From: Aduncisulcus paluster
Taxonomy: Eukaryota
Length of the DNA stretch: 33,052 nucleotides
Reading direction: 5' to 3'
Assembly: GCA_024181965.1 (NCBI GenBank)
Contig: BQXS01009981.1
Span: 1 to 33,052 of the forward strand
Shown: piece by piece, positions 1 through 9,400 of the stretch
How positions within the stretch are numbered: the first letter of the stretch is position 1
Layout of the letters: the number at the start of each line of letters is the position of its first letter
Program-made: the position numbers and the translations under genes
Notes under the pieces: model-generated
Told to the model about the DNA's origin: nothing
Database searches by the model: none
The model's input: the letters and a program-made list of their open reading frames with translations, nothing else

Positions 1-20
1 AGGGTAAAATTGAAAAAGCC

Positions 21-3000
21 ATGAAGCCAGGATATGTGTCAAGTCTTTGCTTAGGATTATTAGAGATGATGAAGAATGCGGAATATACTCCAACTATTGG
101 TGTTTCCACTCCACATCCACAAGCATCGCCCAATGAGAGTGTTCGGAAGTTGTTCGAAAAATTCAACCCAAGCCTATCCAACGTCATTGTTTGCAATGCT
201 GAGTCACACCCAGGAGAGAAGGACTCTAAGGACATCCAAGAAACCGTCAGATTGTATTGTGCCATATGCTCCCATTGTGTGGGAATCTTACGCAAAGACG
301 TGCATTTGTTCTCTGGTTGTCGCAAAGTTCTTGAGTTTGCTCTTTGTCATGGTCTTACCCATGGTCTTGTTTCTGAATGTGGGTATGTATGGTCATTTTT
401 GAGTAATTTGTGTTGTTTTGCTGGAGACAATCGTGCTATTCTTGAAGAAGTATTGACGTTCATCCAGCGGCAAGTTGGACCATTTGTTGTCTTCTTACAA
501 AAACAAACTTCCCCAAACATTCGTCTAATGCAACCGTTTCTTCAGCTTCTTGCATGTCTCAGTGTATTATCTGACTTTTGTACCAAACTCTCTTTTTTCA
601 AAGATGTTATGCCGAGCATCATTGAGTATTGCAAGAAACAAATCGAAGTTATCCAGACTCAAGCGAGAGAAAGTAAGGGAAAAGAAGGAGAGAAGGAAGG
701 AGAGAAAGAGGAAGAAGAAGAGAAAGAAGAAGAAGGAGAGAAAGAAGAAGAAGAGCAACAAAAGGTTGCTATCCGTTCTGCATTGAGACTCTTTTTTCGG
801 CTTTCTGTAACTGAAACTACTTCTAAAACTACTAAAATGGATACCATTTCAATCCTCTCTCTTATTGAGCTATTATTCTCTTGGATGTCCTATTGGAATG
901 AAGTTAATGGGGATGACGAGTCTCTTCCTGAATGTGTTGAGATGATCATCCAGTTTACTAAATGCTCAGACCCGAGAGTGTTGCTTCAGTTGACTCCAAG
1001 GTTTGACCCATTGATAACGTGGTGTCATGATAGGGGTATCGTCGAATGGGATGATGAAGATATACTCAATGAATACAAGAAGTTTTGCCAACCTCTGAAT
1101 ATCTTTTCTGTCCTTGCGAAGGAGGTTAAAGGCTGTAATGCTGAGTCAACTTGCAAGTTGTGGGATGATAGTAAGTTGTATTTCAAAAGGAAAGCTTTCC
1201 ACCCGCTTGATTTGGATAGAAAAGATGAACTTCTGGCTGTGTTCAAGTTCATTGCTCGAACGTTGAATCATGATTGTGGTGGACAACGTGTGTCACTTTC
1301 TCGAGATTGTGTAAAAGATATCTATTCTAAGGCTGTTTGTGTGAATGTACCCAAGGTTGTCCACACCTTCATCATTGCCGATAAGAAGACTGGGCACACC
1401 AAATCGGGCAAGAATGTGTCGATCTTGGAAGAGTTCATTAATTTCTATTGTGATATTGTTCGGGCTTGCTTTGTTGATGGTTTTGACAGTGTTCTCCTTG
1501 AGGAATTTTTGAAAAATCAGAGTGAGTTGCATGAACTGATTGTGGAAAGGATCCATGAATACAAATGGAAATCAACATTTGATAAGTTCCTTGGATTCCT
1601 TAACGACTTGTCACGAATAGTGATAGACGAGGGGAAGGTGAAACTTTTGCTGACGATCGTTTGTAATCTGTTGAGCTATGATTCTTCTTCTTTCAAATTC
1701 TCCGATGGCCATACGGTATCTGAGAACCTGATTTCTCTCTTGTGCAACATAACATCTCACTACAAAAATGAGTCTATTCTTAGTTCTTCTCGTGATATTT
1801 TTGAGAAACATCTCTTGCCACTCATCATATCTGATAAATCGTTCAATATTGCCCAAGGTGAGAATTACAAACTTTTGGAGATTATTTCCAACATTTATCA
1901 TGCCCAGTCTGATGATGTTAAAAGAAGAGTTTTTGGTGAAATTCCGTTTGACAAATGGCTAGAACAGTTTGAAACTCATATCCATAAGAATGGAATGATT
2001 CTGTGTTGCAAACTAATTGCAATCATGCCCTTAGAGATGCTTTCAAAACCACAATACGATACCTTCATGAAAAGATGTCATTCACGAGGTTATATTCAAA
2101 ATGAATATTTCGAGTATATTTTTAGATTCTGTAACGAAAGAACTCTAATGCAAGGTATAAAGAGGTGTCCTGATGCTGAATCATGCGCAAGGTTCTATCA
2201 TTCAAACAAAACTGGACTCTTGAAAGTGTTTTCTCTCCTTTTTGATACCAGATTCGTAAAATGTCATAAATCATGTATCACAAGGTACATATCTTGCCTA
2301 TCTTTCTTTTTATCGCACAAAACGCCATTATCAACTTCAACAACCGAGGGAATCAGCCATGCCACATCCTCTTCCGATGTTATCTTGCCCCTTGAAGATT
2401 CCATTGATTTGATTGATACTTTTGTTGTGCTACATGTGTCTCGCCTCGTTATAGATTTCCCAGAGACAGAGTTTATTAGTTCTTTCCTTGAGATTGTTGA
2501 ATTGTTTTTATATCAAGTCCATCGTCAGGTTTTCTTAAAATGTCCGAATCATGAGGAAGAACGGAGTGAAATCTCAGATACTCTTGGTGGTTATCTCATG
2601 AAATTTAAAACTCAATTCTTGCGGTTTGTTCCAGTATTCAAAATAATTCTCGAAAAGGGAAAAAGCCAGAAATTGGATGATTCATTTGTTATTCAATTGA
2701 TGGCCATATGCAAATATATCTCATTTTCACCGGATGCTCATGTTCTTCGACGTCTTTATGAGCTTTTATATCCGTTTCAGAAGTCGTGGATGTCAAAATA
2801 TCCTCAAATTATGCACTATTGGATTATCATATTCCATAAAATATCCAAATCCCCAGTAGCCAAGTTGATGTGGGCAATTTCAAGTCCCATTATTGATTTT
2901 GTCGTGAAGAGAGAATTGTTCAAAGCTTCTAATTACCGTCAAGAAGTATCATTTTTCCTCCCGTTGGTTGCCAATCTTTGTTTGGCAGGAAGCATCGACG

Positions 3001-6000
3001 AAAAAGGGATTCGAGCACATTCTGTGTTGCACAAATTTACCAATGAACTTGAAGAGAACTGGATAGAATTGCTTGAGAAAAAGAAAAATCCTCAAGATTT
3101 GAAAAATTTGGCCGAATTTATTATTAGATTTGCTTCCGTTAATTCAGTTTCTGAGTATATGTCCAAGAAAATATTTGAAGATACAATTTTATTCATTTCT
3201 GAAGAACTTTCTGACGCATCATTATTGGAACAATATAACGATTGTTTCTCACAGCTAAAACGGTTGCAAGATGCTAAAGATAGAATCCTTCATGGTGGAA
3301 ATCCTCATGATTTGTATCGTATGGGCGGTCAACAATTGTTTTCTACGGTATTTGACCAATATTTAACTGCTGATGCTGAAAGTTTGAAACGAAAACCTGA
3401 TAATATATTAGTTTGTTGTCAGTGTATCAAGTTTATGCTCTATCACGAAGAAGGACGGCCTATATGTATGAATGATGATGATAGTCTTGATGTTTTCGAC
3501 CAATTTTTTGAAAAAATTGCCTATTATGAACGAATTCTCAACATTCCAGAATTAACAAACGATTTTGTTATGATTTGTTATCATTATATTTGGAGAGGCA
3601 AACTTTCTGAGGTACGTTTTGGCATTTTCTTCCGAAGGATTATTGATAGATTTGCACAGTATTTCCATGAGAAGAAAGATCGTGAAAACCCACGGATCCT
3701 AGAGATTGTAAGCCTCATTGCCGGCACCAATATCTGCACCAACCCACAATTAACTGCTCTATTGGAGTTTTTATCTCCCTTTTTGTCCGATATGATTGAA
3801 TTTTATGGTGATAATGTTGATGCGAAGAAGAAAGAACTTTCCGACATCATTGAAACATTAAGCTTGGTAACTTGGGATCCCGTGAAGAAGGTACCAAGCA
3901 TCGGACGTTGCTTGAACTGTAATTCATTCTTCCGTCCAATTATCTCTGTTGTGAGGTCTCATTTCTGTGATAAGAAAATCCTTGAAGAAAACTTTATTCG
4001 AGCTCTTTCCTTCTTCTCTAATCTTTGTTGTGTAGATCGTAAGATGGCTGAGATATTCGAGAGTATCAAAGATCTCCTTGATCCTTGGTATAAGCTTTTT
4101 ACTCATGAAGGGGAAGAATCAGATGGTGAAAGTAGTGGTGGGGCTTCTATTACACGGTCAAGCAAGGATCCAATCGTTTATTGGGCCATATTGATAGTTA
4201 ATATCTCAAAAATACACACTGTTCGTGAAAAATACAGCAAAATCATGGAATTGCTGCAAAAAGATCATTCAAAAATTCCTTACCAAATTTTCCTTGAAAA
4301 TTGTCTAAGCGCTCAATCGGGCACAAATTATTGGGAAAATTTGCGGAAATCAATTGAAAAATGTGATTCAAAAGCTAAAATGTTGGATCTTTTCAAATCA
4401 AATCGGAATCGAATGAGAAAGACTTTGGAATCCACAAAGTCGGCATACTCAGGGTTTGTTAATATCGTCGAAATACAAGCTTTATGCCATTGTGTTGGTT
4501 TATTCGGTCTTTTCCGGTCTTCTTCTGGTGATATTTTCATTGATTTTCAACCAAAAGAAACTTATCTTTTACCAAGTATATTTTTGCCTTTACTCGTTGA
4601 AATCAATGCAAAGTTCCCCAAAATTGATATTATTGATATCAATAAGAGGTTATTTTCACTTTTCAAAACATATGTGGATAAGTTTAGCAATTCTGAAAAG
4701 AAAGAATTTGGGCAAATTCTTTCTTCGATGATTATAATGTCTTTAATTCCATCACCTTCTTCTTCTCCTTCTCCTTCTTCCTCTTCTTCCTCTTCCTCTT
4801 CCTCTTCCTCTTCTTCCTCTTCCTCTTCCTCTTCCTCTTCTTCCTCTTCCTCTTCTTCCTCTTCTTCCTCTTCCTCTTCTTCTTCCTGTTCTGCAGAGCT
4901 TCCCTCCGTCACAAGTGAATTAATTCGGTATTTATCAATTTGTTGCTCAATATATGATCCCCTGATCAATCTTTTTTCTCTATTCCCATCAATTATTAGA
5001 TATGTAAACTCTAGTACAAATGAAAGGTTTATTATTCACATTAAGGAAGTTGTTTTCTACTTTAAATCTCTAAATTCGCGTTGTAAATCCAGAGCGAGAA
5101 AAGAGAAGATAGCTTCACAGATACGACCAATATTGCAGGCATTGCAACCTGTATTCACAAGGCATGAATATACCCCTGAGAGTCTTGCATGCTCTGAGCT
5201 TCTGGAGTCGTTTGATTCTGAGTCTTATTCTCAATCAACAGTATCAACAACTAGTTCCATTTCTCAAAGTTCTTCTTCAAGTTTCTCACAAGAACCTAGA
5301 AATATACGGGCAGGGTCTTCTCTTTCCTCATCCTCTTCTTCTTCTTATCTCAATTCACAAAGAAGTGGAACAAAGAGTCATCCAAAGGGTCAAATGAAGA
5401 AAGAAATGAAGAAAGAAATGAAGAAAGAAATGAAGGAAGAAACTAAAAAAGAGACAAAGATAGAGGAGAATGAAATAGGTGAACCAATATCCCCCAATGA
5501 GAGTTCTGTTCGTGATAAATTCTCTGAAGTTATAAAAGCTCGTAGATCATCCTCAGATTATATTTCTAGTCTTTTTTCCGAGACCACTTCTGGTATTTCT
5601 TCATCGCAACTTCTTAAATCTGATGATTCTGGTAGTATTCCTCGAAAAAGAAGGTATTCCAAAAGAGGATTGGGCAATCTTCGGGAGATTATCAAAGATT
5701 TGAATGATGATCCCCAACTTAAACGTTCATCTATGTCAAATGGTGATATAATGAGAGAAATGGATTGTTCTCCATCCCATTCTTCAAGTTCTTCTGTTTC
5801 ATATTCATCTTCCTCTTCCTCTCCAAATTCTTCATCTTCTTCCTCTTCCTCTTCTTCCTCTTCTCTATCTTCTCCCAATTCTTCTTCTTCCCTTCCTTCT
5901 TCAGCTTCCTCTTCATCTCCACAAATTCTATTGGACCGGAAAAGGAGACAAGGACCCTGTCGAGATGGTATATTCCATCAAAGCCAGAAAAAACACTCTG

Positions 6001-6302
6001 CAATCGATTCTCTTCCTGAAACTTTACTTGAAAGGGTGAAAGATGATGATCTCAATGATGAAGAAGAAACCAAGTGCAAACCAGAAACTGGATCGTTGAG
6101 TATAATGGAAATTGATGAAACTCCAATGTTTTTACCCCTTACTCAAAGAAGTTCAAATTCCTCTGGATCGGGCACAGATGACGATGAAAAACCACCAATA
6201 TTCGAAATTGTTGATGTTGAAAATTCTGGATCAACATCGATTTCGAGGCCAAATAGCGGAACAGATGAGGTAGAATCCTATCATATTTTTGATATCGAAT
6301 AA
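21..6302 (+). CDS. Large hypothetical alpha-solenoid (ARM/HEAT-like) protein with degenerate ~350-aa internal repeats and a Ser-rich disordered C-terminus
   Basis: Uninterrupted 2093-aa ATG..TAA ORF with Leu/Ile/Phe/Cys-rich amphipathic helical pattern. Related blocks start near nt 1134 (CNAESTCKLW), 2166 (CPDAESCARFY), 3294 and 4362 (CDSKAKMLDLF). Poly-E and poly-S tracts. The fold is inferred from pattern only. Confidence 0.8.
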   Translation: MKPGYVSSLCLGLLEMMKNAEYTPTIGVSTPHPQASPNESVRKLFEKFNPSLSNVIVCNAESHPGEKDSKDIQETVRLYCAICSHCVGILRKDVHLFSGCRKVLEFALCHGLTHGLVSECGYVWSFLSNLCCFAGDNRAILEEVLTFIQRQVGPFVVFLQKQTSPNIRLMQPFLQLLACLSVLSDFCTKLSFFKDVMPSIIEYCKKQIEVIQTQARESKGKEGEKEGEKEEEEEKEEEGEKEEEEQQKVAIRSALRLFFRLSVTETTSKTTKMDTISILSLIELLFSWMSYWNEVNGDDESLPECVEMIIQFTKCSDPRVLLQLTPRFDPLITWCHDRGIVEWDDEDILNEYKKFCQPLNIFSVLAKEVKGCNAESTCKLWDDSKLYFKRKAFHPLDLDRKDELLAVFKFIARTLNHDCGGQRVSLSRDCVKDIYSKAVCVNVPKVVHTFIIADKKTGHTKSGKNVSILEEFINFYCDIVRACFVDGFDSVLLEEFLKNQSELHELIVERIHEYKWKSTFDKFLGFLNDLSRIVIDEGKVKLLLTIVCNLLSYDSSSFKFSDGHTVSENLISLLCNITSHYKNESILSSSRDIFEKHLLPLIISDKSFNIAQGENYKLLEIISNIYHAQSDDVKRRVFGEIPFDKWLEQFETHIHKNGMILCCKLIAIMPLEMLSKPQYDTFMKRCHSRGYIQNEYFEYIFRFCNERTLMQGIKRCPDAESCARFYHSNKTGLLKVFSLLFDTRFVKCHKSCITRYISCLSFFLSHKTPLSTSTTEGISHATSSSDVILPLEDSIDLIDTFVVLHVSRLVIDFPETEFISSFLEIVELFLYQVHRQVFLKCPNHEEERSEISDTLGGYLMKFKTQFLRFVPVFKIILEKGKSQKLDDSFVIQLMAICKYISFSPDAHVLRRLYELLYPFQKSWMSKYPQIMHYWIIIFHKISKSPVAKLMWAISSPIIDFVVKRELFKASNYRQEVSFFLPLVANLCLAGSIDEKGIRAHSVLHKFTNELEENWIELLEKKKNPQDLKNLAEFIIRFASVNSVSEYMSKKIFEDTILFISEELSDASLLEQYNDCFSQLKRLQDAKDRILHGGNPHDLYRMGGQQLFSTVFDQYLTADAESLKRKPDNILVCCQCIKFMLYHEEGRPICMNDDDSLDVFDQFFEKIAYYERILNIPELTNDFVMICYHYIWRGKLSEVRFGIFFRRIIDRFAQYFHEKKDRENPRILEIVSLIAGTNICTNPQLTALLEFLSPFLSDMIEFYGDNVDAKKKELSDIIETLSLVTWDPVKKVPSIGRCLNCNSFFRPIISVVRSHFCDKKILEENFIRALSFFSNLCCVDRKMAEIFESIKDLLDPWYKLFTHEGEESDGESSGGASITRSSKDPIVYWAILIVNISKIHTVREKYSKIMELLQKDHSKIPYQIFLENCLSAQSGTNYWENLRKSIEKCDSKAKMLDLFKSNRNRMRKTLESTKSAYSGFVNIVEIQALCHCVGLFGLFRSSSGDIFIDFQPKETYLLPSIFLPLLVEINAKFPKIDIIDINKRLFSLFKTYVDKFSNSEKKEFGQILSSMIIMSLIPSPSSSPSPSSSSSSSSSSSSSSSSSSSSSSSSSSSSSSSSSSSSSCSAELPSVTSELIRYLSICCSIYDPLINLFSLFPSIIRYVNSSTNERFIIHIKEVVFYFKSLNSRCKSRARKEKIASQIRPILQALQPVFTRHEYTPESLACSELLESFDSESYSQSTVSTTSSISQSSSSSFSQEPRNIRAGSSLSSSSSSSYLNSQRSGTKSHPKGQMKKEMKKEMKKEMKEETKKETKIEENEIGEPISPNESSVRDKFSEVIKARRSSSDYISSLFSETTSGISSSQLLKSDDSGSIPRKRRYSKRGLGNLREIIKDLNDDPQLKRSSMSNGDIMREMDCSPSHSSSSSVSYSSSSSSPNSSSSSSSSSSSSLSSPNSSSSLPSSASSSSPQILLDRKRRQGPCRDGIFHQSQKKHSAIDSLPETLLERVKDDDLNDEEETKCKPETGSLSIMEIDETPMFLPLTQRSSNSSGSGTDDDEKPPIFEIVDVENSGSTSISRPNSGTDEVESYHIFDIE
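4758..4886 (+). repeat. Coding TCT/TCC microsatellite encoding poly-Ser
   Basis: Continuous tct/tcc codons giving about 40 near-consecutive Ser in the ORF translation. Confidence 0.95.
5394..5435 (+). repeat. 12-bp coding tandem repeat (ATGAAGAAAGAA, MKKE) x~3.5
   Basis: Read directly: atgaagaaagaa atgaagaaagaa atgaagaaagaa atgaag. Confidence 0.9.
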
Positions 6303-6425
6303 TATAATTCATTATCGATAATGTCTTGTAATCATTCAAAAATTATTTTTGAAAAATAAATATAAAACTATTCCATCCAAGATAGAGATTATTTTATCTA
6401 TGAATCAATTATGATTTTCATAATG

Positions 6426-9400
6426 TCATGATAGATAATGTGATTTCCTGATCGATTTTTGCATTTCTGAATCACCAAAAATAGTTCCAGCCGATCCAAA
6501 ATGTTTCCATTTTTGTTCTTTGATAACATCATCAATAGATGGACATGCAAAATCTTCTCCAATCGTTGGAAGTAAAAATTTGATAGGTTGTACTATTTCG
6601 CGAGCATCATGCACACTCATGCGTTTCTTATGGTCATGCAAAGTGAGACCTGTGAACACTTCATTAAACACTTTATGAAGAGGTTCGTACTTACCATCAT
6701 CAATGGTCAATAGAGAGTCGAAGAGAGGGGATGAACTGGAAATATGAGGATACAAATTACTTTTCATGAGTTCAATTAGTTTGCCCATGAATTTCACAGG
6801 GTTGTCTATTCCTCTCATAACAGGCAGCTGAAGGAAAGGATCACAACACAAGAACAAAGCAAGGATTGACATTCCAAGAGAATAGCCATCACTAATTTGA
6901 CTCTGAATTCCATGTCGAAGAGTTTCATAGGAATTGTACACAAGAGTTCCACAAATGGAACGTTTGGACTCTGAGTTGGAGTGGGAAGAAGAAGACAAGA
7001 AAGAAGAAGAGGAAGAGAAAGAGGAAGAAGGTGTAACAAAACTCTTGGAAGACGTTGAAGATGAGACGGAATCCTGAATCTGCACGAAGCCAAGATCAGC
7101 GAGAACAACCGTACATTCTCCATTTTTTGGGTCAACACGAACAAGGAAGTTGTCAGGTTTCACATCTCGATGGACAAGCTTTGGTTTAGCCGTGAACACA
7201 TCATCAAGACATTCGATCATTCCAAGAGAATAGCCATCACTAATTTGACTCTGAATTCCATGTCGAAGAGTTTCATAGGAATTGTACACAAGAGTTCCAC
7301 AAATGGAACGTTTGGACTCTGAGTTGGAGTGGGAAGAAGAAGACAAGAAAGAAGAAGAGGAAGAGAAAGAGGAAGAAGGTGTAACAAAACTCTTGGAAGA
7401 CGTTGAAGATGAGACGGAATCCTGAATCTGCACGAAGCCAAGATCAGCGAGAACAACCGTACATTCTCCATTTTTTGGGTCAACACGAACAAGGAAGTTG
7501 TCAGGTTTCACATCTCGATGGACAAGCTTTGGTTTAGCCGTGAACACATCATCAAGACATTCGATCATTCCAACACATAATGAACACACTTTCACAGGGT
7601 TCAGTATCATGGGATCGAAGCGATCATGATCATCACTCTCAAAACCAGAACCAGAACTTGAGTCTAAGTCTGAGGGTTCACTATCATCAACAACACTCAC
7701 ATACTTGCCATCAGCACACCAACGCTTGGCAAACGCACTCACACTGCCTCCAACACAAAACTCCATCAGGAAGCCATAAACACCTTTCATATCGCAATCA
7801 AGGAGGTCAAGGATATACAGAGGACGTGGGATACGGTTAAAACATTTGGGATTCGTAAACAATTTGAGTTGCACTTTAAACTCCTTCCGACACCATTTCA
7901 CGACCTTTTCGTCAGCACTCTGAAGCATTTTCTTCAAAACGCATGGGAAAGGAATATCATCAACCTTAACAAGAAGAACCTCTCCGAACCCACCACTGCC
8001 AATGATGCACTGAGAAGTCAGCGTGGATGCAGATGTCAGGGTTAGCGAGTCGAACTTGGGTTTGTATTTGACATTATCATGATTGGATTTCTCTTTATCC
8101 TTCCATTTCTGTTTGTAGTCTTTTGGCACGGAATCTTTATCAATTTTGACTTCTTCTTTTACAAGAGGTTGTGGAATCAGAGGTTTGACATCTTTTCCAA
8201 CAGACAGTACCTTGAGGGAACTGGAAGAATCAGGAGCATGGAGATGGAAAGAGGTAGTAATATCATCATCTTGAATGAAAACAAGAGAGTTAATGTGGAA
8301 ACATCGACTATTCCCCTTTGACCATCCTCCGTACCATAATCCATTCCCTTCAATTTCACACAAAACAACATTCGGTAAATCAATAGGAAGGAAGTGCCAT
8401 TCATATATATATTTAGGTTTTATGAATTCATACTTCTTAAATGTCTTTTTACCATCAGAATTTGTGAAAGTGATGAGAAGAGAAGGTATCCATTCATCCT
8501 CACTCACATATGAATAAACACCTTTCATAGAACAAGGTGATGTGAAAGGGATGGAAAGATGGGATAAGTATACATCACCTTCCCCTTTTAACATTTTTTG
8601 TGCATCTAAACTCCGGTCATAATACTCAGATTCCCTACTATACGAAGCATCCTTGCACTTAACCATTGATAATGACGGAGCTACAAGCTTTGGATCGTCA
8701 CGTGAAATGGGAATAGAATCTCTACCTTCAGAATCTTCATTTCCTTTCTTAAAAAATTCTGATTTCACGACTAGAACTTCAGACCATAGCTTCTCTTTGG
8801 CTTCCCGAGATATAATTTCCTCAGGAGTTTCTTCTCTACCAATGAAAACAAGGGATTCAATCTTGATTATTGGACTCGGCTTCTGATCCCACCTTCCTTT
8901 CCCTTCAATCTCACATAATACAACATTATTCAAATCAATAGGGAGGAAATACCATTCATATTTATGTTTAGATTTTGGGAATTCATATTTCTTGAATATT
9001 TTTGAACCATTAAAATCAGTGAACGTGATTAGAATAGTGGGTGAACTCCAATCTTTATAAACACAAATATAAGCACCTTTAATTGGACTTGGCGATGGGA
9101 AAGGAATGGAAAAGTTGGAAAAAGAAACAAAACTTTCTCCTTTCAACATTTTTTGTGCGTTTAAACTTCGATCATACAAAGTAGATTCCTTACTATACCA
9201 ATTATCCTTACACTTCACCAATGAGAATGAAGGGTCTAAAACTCTTGAATCATCACGTGAAATAGGAATAAACTCTCTGCCTCCCTCCTTAACAAACTCT
9301 GTTTTCATAATTGGAGCTTCATACCATTGTTTTTCTTTGGTTTCGCGAGCTATGATTTCTTCAAGGGTTTCTTCCCGAAAGAAAACAAGGGAGAGAATTT

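Noticed and set aside
4562-6019. Antisense or alternative-frame ORFs encoding poly-Glu or Phe-rich peptides
   Set aside because: Shadows of poly-Ser TCT/TCC tracts in the main gene. The same applies to the other short ORFs overlapping long genes.
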